The notes under the pieces: model-generated | The model's input: only the letters and a program-made list of their open reading frames with translations | Databases searched by the model: none | Told to the model about the DNA's origin: nothing | Made by a program: the position numbers and the translations under genes | Source of the DNA: Treponema sp. | Lineage (GTDB): Bacteria > Spirochaetota > Spirochaetia > Treponematales > Treponemataceae | Direction of reading: 5' to 3' | DNA: 64,000 nt | Assembly (NCBI GenBank): GCA_052169955.1 | Contig: JBQNBL010000013.1 | Span: forward strand, 71-64,070 | Part shown: positions 46,960 through 57,393 of the stretch, in pieces | How the letters are laid out: each line of letters opens with the position of its first letter | Position numbering within the stretch: position 1 is the stretch's first letter

Positions 46960-48093
46960 GTGTCACAAATTGGTATAAAGCTTGCAAATCATGATTTTTT
47001 TCCGATCATTGATGAAGATGGAAAGCTCCCCATTGAAAAAGAGCTTGAACTAACTACTGTTCGTGATAATCAAGAAAGTGTTCAAATTAATTTATTTAAG
47101 TCTGATGGTGAGGCTGAGCCTGTTTATATAGGCTCGCTGATAGTGGAAGACTTGAATAAACTAACTTCTGGAGATGCTACCATTCTTCTTAGACTTACTC
47201 TTGATGAAAATAAAAATTTAAGTGCAGAAGCAATCGATAAGGATTCCGGAAATAAGCAATCTCTTAGTATTCCAATAAATGATCAAGGGCAGTTTTTAGG
47301 CTCAGATTTTAATTTTGATGGTTTTGGTGACTCAGGTGATGTTGATGTTTCAGGTGATGTTGATAGTCTTGATGTCACAAATTTTGCTAATTCTCTTGAT
47401 GATGATTTTTTATTTGATGAAAATAGTGATAGTTCTAACTTTGATAGTGAAGAATTTCAAGCTTTTTCTTTTGACGGAGATGATATAGAAGGGCAAAATG
47501 ATGGGGAAATAACTACTTTTGATGATTTTTCTTCTGAGAGAGAAAGTATAGAAGATGAGGAAGTAGAAGAAGATGAGTTTTACGAAGAAAAGAAATCTAG
47601 TTTTCCTACTTGGCTAAAAATCTTTTTAATTATTTTAATATTTGGGCTTTTGGCATTGGTTGTGGCATTATTCTTAAAAAACAAAATTAAAATGCCAAAA
47701 AATGAAGTTGAAAACATAGAATCTGTTCAACAGGATATGTCGCCACTTCAGAGTGAAAAAGCTAATGTAGAAGAGCATAACATTGATGATCTTACCACTG
47801 AAGCTCCAAAAAAAGAAGCTGAGCCATTTCCTAATAAAGAGGCAACTACTGCCAAAGAAGTTACAACAATCACTAATGAAGAAGTAAAAAAAAAAGAAGA
47901 AGTGAAGATTGTTAAAGATGGGGCTATAAAGAAAGCTGTACGCTATAGAGTGAGATGGGGAGATACTTTGTGGGATATTTCAGGTAATTTTTATAAAAAT
48001 CCATGGGCTTATAAAAGGATTGCTAGATATAACAAAATTAAAAATCCACATAAAATAATTGCTGGCACTTACATAACTATTCCTGCTAAATGA
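46960..48093 (+). CDS. membrane protein: Hsp70 substrate-binding-like N-domain, acidic linker, TM, C-terminal LysM
   Basis: TTVRDNQESVQINLF...LDENKNLSAEAIDKDSG; YRVRWGDTLWDIS..FYKNPW. Confidence 0.8.
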   Translation: MSQIGIKLANHDFFPIIDEDGKLPIEKELELTTVRDNQESVQINLFKSDGEAEPVYIGSLIVEDLNKLTSGDATILLRLTLDENKNLSAEAIDKDSGNKQSLSIPINDQGQFLGSDFNFDGFGDSGDVDVSGDVDSLDVTNFANSLDDDFLFDENSDSSNFDSEEFQAFSFDGDDIEGQNDGEITTFDDFSSERESIEDEEVEEDEFYEEKKSSFPTWLKIFLIILIFGLLALVVALFLKNKIKMPKNEVENIESVQQDMSPLQSEKANVEEHNIDDLTTEAPKKEAEPFPNKEATTAKEVTTITNEEVKKKEEVKIVKDGAIKKAVRYRVRWGDTLWDISGNFYKNPWAYKRIARYNKIKNPHKIIAGTYITIPAK

Positions 48094-50150
48094 GTTTCAT
48101 GCAAAAATATCTTAGATTGTTCGTATCAATATACTGTTTTTTTACTACAGTATTTCTTTCTTGTCAAAGTAAATATTCTTCTTCAGAGTTTGCAACTATC
48201 ATTCGTGATGTAAAGTTGCATAATTTTTCTTCATTGTTGCCTCTCACTGATAAAAAAATGAAGCGTATATTAAAAACTGATGAGGCAGCTTTGCTTTGTA
48301 TTTCTTTATATTTGAAAGAAGATGATAAGCTAGATGAGGCAAAGAAGATGTTGAAGTTTGCAAGCATTAATTGTAAAGAGCCTTTTAATACTATTTCAAG
48401 AGAAAAACTTTACGATTTTTCAGATGATGAGCAACGTATTTTGCTTCTTCAAGAAAAAATAAAAGAATTAGAAGAAAATGATGAAGAAAAGTTGAGAATA
48501 GAAGAAAATATAAAGGAACTTCTTTTTTTTACAGGTCAGTTTGAAAAGTTAGATGAAAGTGTTTCAAACCTTTTTTTTAATAGGGTCATAAATGGTAAAG
48601 CTTCATTGGTATATGATTTATTGGAAGAAGGTGTTGGAGATGAAGATTTTCATAAGGTTATGAAAATTAGACTTTCTGTGTATGAGAAAAAATATAATAC
48701 GACATATGATGAGGCAAAAGAGCTTTTGCTTAAAAAACCCCTTTTAGTTTCTTCTTCAAGATATGTATTTTATGATTTTTTAAGAGTGTTTTTATTTGGA
48801 TCAAAAGAGTATGTAGAAAGTGCAAAGCAATTAGAATTTTTTTTACAAAATGAAAATGTAAAGAAAATTGAAAATTATAAAATTATTAATTATATGAGTA
48901 GTCTTTATATTGCTCGCCTTTATGAAAAGGCAGGAAAGGGAAAAGAGGCGTTAAAACATTATGATATTGCAATAAAAAAAGCCTTAACTCCATATGATAA
49001 AGATGATAGTAATTGGTATAAGTTAAACTATGAATTAAAAAATGATTTTGCGTCATTTATGAGAGGTATAAAAGCAACTTTTCCACAATGGGATAATCAT
49101 TATTGGTATGAAGATTTAGTGAGTCGTGCAATAGTGAAAATTATGACTGAAAAAAAATACAATCTTCTAGTTCAATTATATGAAGTTGTAAGTAAAACAC
49201 ATCTAGTAGAGCAAAAGGCAAAATTACAGTATTTGATGTCTCGATCTGGTGTTATAGCACATCGATATCTTGAAGCTAATTATAAGGCCGCTTATGAGGA
49301 TGAGCATAATTTGATCTATTATACAATACTTTCAGCTTATCAATTGAATGCACCGTTAAAGGATGTGCTTTATAAAAAAAGAGTGAAAAGAGAGGCAAAT
49401 CCACTTTATAGCCCAGAAGATGCTATGAAAATATTAAAAGCATATCTTGATTATGGTCTATATTCTCACATTTATAAGGAAGTGCTTAGAATATATCCTA
49501 CAATTACAGTGGATGAAGCTTTTAGTATTTCTAAAGAGCTACGTCTTCAGTCTTTATTTCCTGATTCAATTAATTTAATGCAATTTGTGGCTAATTCTGA
49601 AGGAAGTGTTTTAAATGAAGAGCATTTACGAGCCATATATCCTAGACCTTTTTATAATGAAGTTTCTAAATGGGCAAAAGAATATAATGTGCCTGAATAT
49701 ATTTTTTATGCTTTGGTTAGAAGTGAAAGTTTTTTTAGACCTCTTGTAGTTTCTCATGCAGGAGCTATTGGCTTATCTCAACTTATGCCTTCAACTGCAA
49801 AAGATATTGCGAGAGCTCTTAAAGTTTCTCATTATGATGTTACTAATCCTGATACAAATATTAGGTTTGGCACATATTATCTTTCAAGAATGTTAAATCG
49901 CTTTGATGGACGGTTTATGCCTAGCATGTGTTCTTATAATGCAGGGCCTGTAGCTGTGAGTAGGTGGCTAAAAAAATCTACCATAAAGGAAGAAGATCTA
50001 TTTGTAGAGACAATACCATATGATGAAACTAGAAATTATGGAAAAAAACTTCTTTCTACGGCATGTATATATGGCATGTTATATTATAATAAGAATCCTA
50101 AAGATGTGATTAAAGAAATATATCAAGATATAAAGACGATTAATGAGTAG
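48090..50150 (+). CDS. soluble lytic transglycosylase (Slt-type) lipoprotein
   Basis: Lipobox FLSC; TPR-like helices; RSESFF, GAIGLSQLMPSTA, SYNAGP, ETRNY. Confidence 0.9.
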   Translation: MSFMQKYLRLFVSIYCFFTTVFLSCQSKYSSSEFATIIRDVKLHNFSSLLPLTDKKMKRILKTDEAALLCISLYLKEDDKLDEAKKMLKFASINCKEPFNTISREKLYDFSDDEQRILLLQEKIKELEENDEEKLRIEENIKELLFFTGQFEKLDESVSNLFFNRVINGKASLVYDLLEEGVGDEDFHKVMKIRLSVYEKKYNTTYDEAKELLLKKPLLVSSSRYVFYDFLRVFLFGSKEYVESAKQLEFFLQNENVKKIENYKIINYMSSLYIARLYEKAGKGKEALKHYDIAIKKALTPYDKDDSNWYKLNYELKNDFASFMRGIKATFPQWDNHYWYEDLVSRAIVKIMTEKKYNLLVQLYEVVSKTHLVEQKAKLQYLMSRSGVIAHRYLEANYKAAYEDEHNLIYYTILSAYQLNAPLKDVLYKKRVKREANPLYSPEDAMKILKAYLDYGLYSHIYKEVLRIYPTITVDEAFSISKELRLQSLFPDSINLMQFVANSEGSVLNEEHLRAIYPRPFYNEVSKWAKEYNVPEYIFYALVRSESFFRPLVVSHAGAIGLSQLMPSTAKDIARALKVSHYDVTNPDTNIRFGTYYLSRMLNRFDGRFMPSMCSYNAGPVAVSRWLKKSTIKEEDLFVETIPYDETRNYGKKLLSTACIYGMLYYNKNPKDVIKEIYQDIKTINE

Positions 50151-50315
50151 CTTTGGGAAAAACTTTTTGAAGTTATATTGATTTCTTTTTACTATGTGGC
50201 TGATTTTAATTGAAATAAATTTCATTGCAACAGGGAATTTAAAACAAATTAAAAGTGCTATCCTTTTAAGAGGTAAAATAGACTAATTTTTGATTTTGTG
50301 ATATCCTCAGAGTAT

Positions 50316-50876
50316 ATGGCTAAATTTTCTATAAATGAAGTTGTGGTTTATTCCGGACAGGGTGTTGGTGTAGTTCAAGAGATTGTTCAAAAAACAATAG
50401 CAAACGAGACTCTTGATTATTATGTGATATATCTATCTGATTCTGATATGACTGTTTTAGTTCCAATTAGTAGGAGCAAAGAACTGGGAGTTCGTTCTAT
50501 TATAACTAAAAAGGAAGCAAAAGAGGCTATAGAATTTTTAAAAGAAGTTAATGAGCCTATTATTATGGATTGGAAAGCAAGATATCAAAAGAACATGCAG
50601 TTATTCAAAAGTGGTGATATTAAAAACACAGCAATTGTTGTTAAATCTCTTTATAGAAGAAGCAAGGTAAAAGAGCTTCCTATACAAGAAAGAAAATTAT
50701 ATGAATCTGCTTATAACGTGTTTTTAGATGAAATAGTTGCTGTTCTAAAGTTAGAAAAAAAAGAAATTGAAGAGATGATTCACAGTGCAATAGAGCCTAT
50801 AGATGGTGAAGAAATTATTGAAACTATAAGAAAATATGAAGATTATGAAGAAGATGAAATAATTGATGAAGATTAG
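50316..50876 (+). CDS. carD: CarD-family transcription factor
   Basis: VVYSGQGVGVV, YYVI..MTVLVP..GVR, WKARY, ERKLYESA. Confidence 0.85.
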   Translation: MAKFSINEVVVYSGQGVGVVQEIVQKTIANETLDYYVIYLSDSDMTVLVPISRSKELGVRSIITKKEAKEAIEFLKEVNEPIIMDWKARYQKNMQLFKSGDIKNTAIVVKSLYRRSKVKELPIQERKLYESAYNVFLDEIVAVLKLEKKEIEEMIHSAIEPIDGEEIIETIRKYEDYEEDEIIDED

Positions 50877-51014
50877 CCATTTTTAGATTATAAGCTATTT
50901 ATTGGCTATTTAGAAATTATTAACAAATGCCGATACAGTCAGTGTCCTCGTGGTTGGGACTTTTTAAGGAGGCTTGGAAAGGATTCGTAAGGTTTGATTT
51001 TCAAGTAAAGATCA

Positions 51015-53210
51015 GTGAAAGCATTCGTTAAAGTTATAACTAGTTTAGTTGTTTTTATTTTTGTTTTTATTTTTCTCTTTTTGTTTTCAACGCGACATTT
51101 TTCTTTGATAGACTCTCAGTATTATCAGCCTTCTGTTGTGTCTTCTATAAATTCAAATCTTGAGAAGGTCGTTTCTGATTTTGAAGAGTGGCAGGAAGTT
51201 TTAAGACAAAGTTTTGAGTCTTTTTCTGAAGAAAGTGTTCTAAAACGTTGTATGAGTCAAAATCAAACGGATGGGGATATTGCTTTAAGAGAAAAGGTAT
51301 CTGCAGAACTCATGCTTTCTATTCCTTCTATGCAAGGTATTCGCGTCGTAGAAAAAGAGACACAAAGAATTCATTTTAGTACGTTTTCAACAGATGTTAT
51401 TTCCAAGTCCAACTCAAGCATTTCTTATGCAAAGTATGGGAAGAATATAGCTGATATTTCGTATAACACAATTGAAGCATCTTCTAGTAATAATAAACCT
51501 TGTGTTGATATTTTAAACAATGCTTTTATTTTTGTTCAACCTTTCTATGATGATTACAATGTTGAAAGAGGGAAAGTGTTTTTCTATGTTTCTGCAAAAT
51601 CTTTTGGTAGAAAACTCATTAATGAAAAACGCCTTTCTTTGAGTGAGGAAATAACTCTACTAACAGATGATAACTTAAATTTTATTGGGATTTTATTGGG
51701 ACTTCCGTATGAAAACTCTGTTTCTCTTAAAGAAGAAGTTTTAAAAGAATGGAAAGTAGGTGAAAGTGATTTAGCACAAATATCTAGTAAAGAATCTTTA
51801 TCTAGTCCTTTTTGGATATTGGTAACAGTTAAAAAACTACCTTATTATGTTGGTAGAATATGCGATAAAAATATGTTTATAATGCCTACATATGCTAGGT
51901 ATTTTTTGATAACTGTAGTATCTTTGGCATTCTTTTTAATAAGTTTTTTGATTTTAAACATGAGGCAAGATAGGTTTGTTATTGCAAGGAAAAAAATTCA
52001 AAAACTTCACGCTAGTATTATAGTGGATATTTTAAAAAATGCTGAAAATTTAAATGATGAAGCATTGCAAGAAAAAATTGAGTATAAAAGGCATGATGCT
52101 AATGCAGAAATACGAAAAGCTTTAGGTAAAAAGATTTCACAAAAGTATGAGAACGAGATAAATGCGATATTGGATCAAAGTTGGGCAAATATTATTCAAG
52201 TTATAAAGGGAAATATTAGTGATGAAAAGTTAGGTCATAAAAATAATGATGATGAAATATTAAAATTACTTAAAGAAATTTTGCAACAAGGTAAAGGTAT
52301 AACAAGATCAAAAGCTAATTTCCAAAAAGATGTGCCATTAGTTAAACTAGAGGCAGAAGGAATTGAAGAATTAGACGATGCTGTAGAGCCTACTGAAGAA
52401 TTAGAAGAAGTTGATAGTGAGGATGTTAAAGAAGTAGAGGCTGAAGATTTTGAAGGCTTGGATGAGATAGAAGATTTAGAAGAGGTAGATGAGCTTGAAG
52501 AAGTTCCACTGGATGAAAGTGTTGAAGAGAATGAGCCTACAGACGAGATAGAAGATTTAGAAGAGGTGGAAGAGCTTGAAGAAGTTGTGCCTGATGAAAG
52601 TGTTGAAGAGAATGAGCCTACAGACGAGGTAGAAGATTTAGAAGAGGTGGAAGAGCTTGAAGAAATTCCACTGGATGAAAGTGTTAAAGAAAGTGAAGCT
52701 TCAGAGGAGATAGAAGAGTTAGAAGAAGTTGAAGAGCTTGAAACTTTGGAAGAGGTGCAAGATTTTGAAGAGGTTGGAGTTGATGATTTTATATCAATGG
52801 AAGAAGAAGCACCACCTCCTAGACCTAGATTTGAAGAAGTTGATGACTATATAGAACCTGATAATGAATTATTCCATTCGCAAAGTGAAGAGGCTGAAAA
52901 TAGGTTTAGACATATTAATATTGGAGGGCTTGATTTTTCTTATCTTGATGATAAAAAAGACGAGGAAACTCCTTCAAATGTGTTGGAAGTGAGAAATGCC
53001 TGGGTTGAAGATCCTGTTCCTGATGGTTCTCCTATAATGGGGGAACTTGAGGTTATAGGTGATTGTGAGCCTAGTGATGTGGAAAGTTTAGAAGAAGAAG
53101 AGGAAATCATCAATAAGGATGGAATCTATACTATTTCTGAGTTTGAAAAACCGGAACCTAGCGATATGGAATTTAAAATTCTTGTTGATTCTGTAATCAA
53201 TGAGAATTGA
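51015..53210 (+). CDS. membrane protein with periplasmic domain and highly acidic repeat-rich cytoplasmic tail
   Basis: Two TM segments; EELEE-rich C-terminal half. Confidence 0.8.
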   Translation: MKAFVKVITSLVVFIFVFIFLFLFSTRHFSLIDSQYYQPSVVSSINSNLEKVVSDFEEWQEVLRQSFESFSEESVLKRCMSQNQTDGDIALREKVSAELMLSIPSMQGIRVVEKETQRIHFSTFSTDVISKSNSSISYAKYGKNIADISYNTIEASSSNNKPCVDILNNAFIFVQPFYDDYNVERGKVFFYVSAKSFGRKLINEKRLSLSEEITLLTDDNLNFIGILLGLPYENSVSLKEEVLKEWKVGESDLAQISSKESLSSPFWILVTVKKLPYYVGRICDKNMFIMPTYARYFLITVVSLAFFLISFLILNMRQDRFVIARKKIQKLHASIIVDILKNAENLNDEALQEKIEYKRHDANAEIRKALGKKISQKYENEINAILDQSWANIIQVIKGNISDEKLGHKNNDDEILKLLKEILQQGKGITRSKANFQKDVPLVKLEAEGIEELDDAVEPTEELEEVDSEDVKEVEAEDFEGLDEIEDLEEVDELEEVPLDESVEENEPTDEIEDLEEVEELEEVVPDESVEENEPTDEVEDLEEVEELEEIPLDESVKESEASEEIEELEEVEELETLEEVQDFEEVGVDDFISMEEEAPPPRPRFEEVDDYIEPDNELFHSQSEEAENRFRHINIGGLDFSYLDDKKDEETPSNVLEVRNAWVEDPVPDGSPIMGELEVIGDCEPSDVESLEEEEEIINKDGIYTISEFEKPEPSDMEFKILVDSVINEN
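52461..52742 (+). repeat. 81-bp tandem repeat, about 3.5 copies
   Basis: DEIEDLEEV(D/E)ELEEVPLDESVEENEPT units starting 52461, 52542, 52623, 52704. Confidence 0.9.
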
Positions 53211-53239
53211 AGTTTGCTTTAATGTTTGAGGATTTTTAA

Positions 53240-54196
53240 GTGAGGCATTTTTATATTGTTTTATTTTTTTTATGTTCTCTTTTCTTATTTTCTCAAGAGC
53301 AAGTTGGAATTGATGGAGTTTGGGAGAATGGTGGGCGTTTTCTGGAATTTAGATATTCTGACAATTGCATGAGAGTGGTGTTAAAACCATATTATGAGAC
53401 TGTTTATGATGAGCCTGTGAATTTTTCTAATCCTTTTGATGATATAGATGGTGATGGAACTTATGGACTTTCTATAAAATATCAGTATAGCCGAAAAAGT
53501 GTCTCTATGCCCATTTTTGTGTATGCTTCATATCTTTTTACCTCTTTTTATAAGAAAGTTGATTTTGAGCTTCTTGAGGGAAAACTTGATGGTGTGGAGG
53601 ATATCGAAAAACATCCATTATTTGGTTTTTGGGTTGAACAAGGGAGTAAGGAAGGAATACGACTATATCCTAATGAACCTGTAAAGAATTTTGATGCGTA
53701 TTTTTTTGAAGGGGATAAGTATATTAAGTTTAGATATTGGTATGATGAAAATTTAGGCTTTTCTGATGGAAAAGCTGTTTTTAAGGGAAGTTCTGGACTT
53801 TATTATAAGGTTCCAAAGATGATTAAAAGAGGAGACATGGTTTATTCTTGTATCACAACAAATGGTTCTTCTTTGAGAAACTATGAGGTAGGTTCTTATT
53901 CAATAGAGACAGATAAATTTGCACAAGACAAGGGTGTTTTTTTGGTCTTATCCAAAGAAGGGGTTGCTCCCGGTAAAACATCAGTTTCTGATAATTACTC
54001 TGATTATAAGTATGCTAATAAAGAAAATATTCCGCTATATATAGCAACTAATGGAACTGTGTTTGCGATTGGAGGTCCTTTTTTATTTAGATCTAGTGTG
54101 CAGGATTTGGATGCTGAAATTAAAAAACGTAATTCATCTAAATCATTAAAGAAATATCAAAATGTTCGTGATGAGGACATCTTTATTAATCAATGA
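53240..54196 (+). CDS. exported hypothetical protein
   Basis: Signal peptide; aromatic-rich; internal G.W.(E/N).G repeat. Confidence 0.7.
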   Translation: MRHFYIVLFFLCSLFLFSQEQVGIDGVWENGGRFLEFRYSDNCMRVVLKPYYETVYDEPVNFSNPFDDIDGDGTYGLSIKYQYSRKSVSMPIFVYASYLFTSFYKKVDFELLEGKLDGVEDIEKHPLFGFWVEQGSKEGIRLYPNEPVKNFDAYFFEGDKYIKFRYWYDENLGFSDGKAVFKGSSGLYYKVPKMIKRGDMVYSCITTNGSSLRNYEVGSYSIETDKFAQDKGVFLVLSKEGVAPGKTSVSDNYSDYKYANKENIPLYIATNGTVFAIGGPFLFRSSVQDLDAEIKKRNSSKSLKKYQNVRDEDIFINQ

Positions 54197-55809
54197 GACG
54201 TATATTAATTCTTGGGGCTTCTTTAATGCAAAAGCCTGCGATTGTTGAGGCCAAAAAATTAGGGTGTTATGTTGTAGCAGTAGATGCCAATCCTAAGGCT
54301 TTTTGCGTGGATATGGTGGATCGCTTTGAAAAAATTGATTTGGAAGATGTTCCTTCACTTATAAGTTTTGCAAAAGAACTTTATGATAATGGGGGGCTTT
54401 CTGGAGTCTTTACTGCTGCAACTGACTTTTCAGCTTCTGTTGCAAGCGTAACATCTTCTTTAAATCTTAAAGGTCATTCTTTGGAAGCAGCCCTTAATGC
54501 AAGTGATAAGTCTCGTATGAGGGCAAAATTTTTACAAAACAATCTTCCATCTCCTAAATTTATTGAAGTTGATGATTGTAATTTCTCATCTAAAGATATT
54601 TCAACATTATCTTTTCCTTTAGTTATAAAGCCTGTTGATAATATGGGGGCTAGGGGCTGTGTTTTAGTAAGGAATGCAACAGAGCTACGTTCTTCTATAG
54701 AAAAAGCTACTAGGTTTTCTAGAACTAAGCGTGTAATTGTAGAGGAATTTATTGAAGGTCCAGAATTTTCCATAGAAGGATTGGTTTTTAATGGTAATAT
54801 TTACATAACAGCTTTAGCAGATCGTCATATTTTCTTTTCTCCATATTTTGTTGAGATGGGGCATACTATACCATCCAATTTTCCTAGTGATATAACAGAG
54901 CAAATTGTTAGTGTTTTTGTGAGAGGTGTTAAGGCTTTGGGATTAACGCATGGAGCTTGTAAGGGGGATATTTTTTTTGATGTTAATAAGAAGCAAGCAG
55001 TTATAGGGGAGATTGCTGCAAGATTATCAGGTGGTTATATGTCTGGTTGGACAGTTCCATATTCTTCAAACATAAATATAACTAAACTTGCACTTAAGTT
55101 GGCTTTAGGAGAGGAAATAACTGAAGACATTCCTTTTCCTACAAAAGAGAATACTAATAACTTTGCTTCAGAACGTGCGTGGATTTCTATCCCTGGGGTT
55201 GTAAGTAAAATAATAGGCTTAGAAGATGCTAAGACATCAAATAATGTAAAAGATGTTTTTTCAAGAGCTAAAGAAGAAAGTAGAGTTGTGTTTCCAGAAA
55301 ACAACGTTGAAAAGTGTGGAAATGTGATTTCTGTTTCTTCTACTTATGAAAATGCTATTGCTTGTTCAAAACAAGCAATAAAGAATATATTTTTAAGGCT
55401 TAAACCAAAAGATAAAAGTACTGATGATTTTTTATATTCGTTTAATGATACACCTACAGATAAGCAAGCCTATCCACCTAATTACTTTGTTTTTCCTGAT
55501 ATCAATGGAACATCTTTAACTGAGTTATTAAATAATTCTTCTTTTGTCTTTGAAGATGGAATTGTGTATCCTCTCCTTTTTAAGGATTATTTAGATTTTG
55601 TGAGTGAGCCTTTTGGGATTTCTATTAGAGAGGCTATGGAGAAAGCTTTTTTGATTGAGCCAAAATTAAAAATTGAGCTTTTAGAGCTTACGAAGGAAAG
55701 AAAAAAAGAGAAACTTATTAGATATTGGTTAGCTTTTATCAGAGGTGGCGTGCAAGGCTTAATTTATTGGTATGATTCTTATAAAAATAATGGTGCAACT
55801 TATGAATAA
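54193..55809 (+). CDS. ATP-grasp domain ligase
   Basis: ILILGA, DKSRMR, PLVIKPVDNMGARG, VEEFIEGPEFSIE, EIAARLSGG. Confidence 0.88.
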   Translation: MRRILILGASLMQKPAIVEAKKLGCYVVAVDANPKAFCVDMVDRFEKIDLEDVPSLISFAKELYDNGGLSGVFTAATDFSASVASVTSSLNLKGHSLEAALNASDKSRMRAKFLQNNLPSPKFIEVDDCNFSSKDISTLSFPLVIKPVDNMGARGCVLVRNATELRSSIEKATRFSRTKRVIVEEFIEGPEFSIEGLVFNGNIYITALADRHIFFSPYFVEMGHTIPSNFPSDITEQIVSVFVRGVKALGLTHGACKGDIFFDVNKKQAVIGEIAARLSGGYMSGWTVPYSSNINITKLALKLALGEEITEDIPFPTKENTNNFASERAWISIPGVVSKIIGLEDAKTSNNVKDVFSRAKEESRVVFPENNVEKCGNVISVSSTYENAIACSKQAIKNIFLRLKPKDKSTDDFLYSFNDTPTDKQAYPPNYFVFPDINGTSLTELLNNSSFVFEDGIVYPLLFKDYLDFVSEPFGISIREAMEKAFLIEPKLKIELLELTKERKKEKLIRYWLAFIRGGVQGLIYWYDSYKNNGATYE

Positions 55810-57175
55810 AAATATTTTAGTTTTTTTCTTTTTTTCTTTGTGGTTTGGGTTTATTTATGCACAGGATGTAATTAATAATGAGGCAGATAATGAAAAAAAA
55901 GAAACCATTATGGAAGAATTTGAGGAAAAAAAAGCTTTGATTCTTTATGGTCTTGAGGGAGACTTAATTAATCTAATTAAAGAATTAAAAGAAAAAGAAG
56001 ATGATAGATTTAATGATGAGTTAGTTGATGTGTTATCTAATACAAGGTCTTCAACCTTAAAAACTTCAATAGTCGATTTTTTTGCAAGTAGGCATTTAAA
56101 CCCTATTAATAGTTTTGTGCTTGAAATATTAGAAAATATGGATAGTTATAAGAATATTGAAGTGAATACATCTTTATATTATGTGGGTGAAAATCAGGTA
56201 AAAGAGGCTGTTCCTTATATACTTTATATTTTAGAAAACGAAAGATTTGAGTTTGCGGAAAGTGCTATAAATGCTCTTGGAAAGATTGGTGGAGAAAAAG
56301 AAGCTTTAAGATTGATTGAATTTTATCAAAACATAGCAATGGATGATGCAAAAAAAGAAATAATTCTCAAAGAGGCAGTAATGAGAGCTTTGGAAAATCT
56401 TAGTTTTGCCGAGTGTTTTGATTTTTTGCTAGAAATAATAGAAGATGAAAATGAAAATGTTGTTGTGAGGTCTTTGGCAGTTTCTGCTTTGTCTAAAATA
56501 CAAAGTGCTGATGTTTTCAGTAAATTAGTAGTCCTGTATTCTTCTTCAGAACCATTGATTAGGGCTTCGGTAATTAAATCTATTTCAAAATTTGATAGTG
56601 GGGAAGCAAGAAGTCTTATAGTTCAAGCATGTAAAGATTCTCAATACAAGGTGAGGCTTGAAGCTATAAATGCTATAAATTTTACATCTGATAATGTTTG
56701 TGACGTAGTTTTATATCGTGCAAAAACAGATCCTGAAGTAAGTATTAAAACTCTTAGTATTGAAAAATTGGTTTTTCTTAATTGTAGTGTAGCAAATGAT
56801 TGGTTAATAAAGACTTTTAACGATGATAATGCAAGTCTTTCTATCCGTGTAAAGATTGCAAAAGAACTTTTAGAAAAAAATAGCGAATTGATAATTAAAG
56901 ACGTTGAAAGAGTTGCAATAGAAGCAGTTTCTTCTGATAAGTATAAAAAATTAGCTTATGAACTAGGACGCGTTTTAGCAAAGATTAAAACTGATGCAAC
57001 TTCGAAGATTGCTGAAAGTTACATAAAAAGTAAAGATGTTTTAACTCGAACACTTGGTCTTGATATGTTTGCTTTGAATAGATATTCTTCCGTTCTTCCT
57101 TTAGTGGAAGAGTTGAAAAATGATTCAAAAGCAGGAGCATTGCAAAAAAGAGCTATGTCTTTAATTAATGAATGA
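55802..57175 (+). CDS. HEAT-repeat protein, exported
   Basis: Signal peptide; repeated VR..A..AL helices. Confidence 0.8.
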   Translation: MNKNILVFFFFSLWFGFIYAQDVINNEADNEKKETIMEEFEEKKALILYGLEGDLINLIKELKEKEDDRFNDELVDVLSNTRSSTLKTSIVDFFASRHLNPINSFVLEILENMDSYKNIEVNTSLYYVGENQVKEAVPYILYILENERFEFAESAINALGKIGGEKEALRLIEFYQNIAMDDAKKEIILKEAVMRALENLSFAECFDFLLEIIEDENENVVVRSLAVSALSKIQSADVFSKLVVLYSSSEPLIRASVIKSISKFDSGEARSLIVQACKDSQYKVRLEAINAINFTSDNVCDVVLYRAKTDPEVSIKTLSIEKLVFLNCSVANDWLIKTFNDDNASLSIRVKIAKELLEKNSELIIKDVERVAIEAVSSDKYKKLAYELGRVLAKIKTDATSKIAESYIKSKDVLTRTLGLDMFALNRYSSVLPLVEELKNDSKAGALQKRAMSLINE

Positions 57176-57393
57176 ATATCATAAAGATGATAAAATATAA
57201 AAAATAGATGGTATATGTGTAGTAAAAAATTAAAATATTAGTTTTTCTGATTAATATAATGGGAGAATAAAAGATTTAGCTATTAAAACTTTAAATAATG
57301 TAATAAATTTCATTTTTTTTTGATTTTCTCTTTGATTATAATTGAGATTTTTTCTGCTTTGTGTTAATCTTATCTGGGTAAGCGGGGGAGAAT

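Noticed and set aside
54193..55809. ATP-grasp protein as purD/purT or part of a peptide-biosynthesis cluster
   Set aside because: Only generic ATP-grasp motifs; no precursor peptide or pathway genes adjacent.
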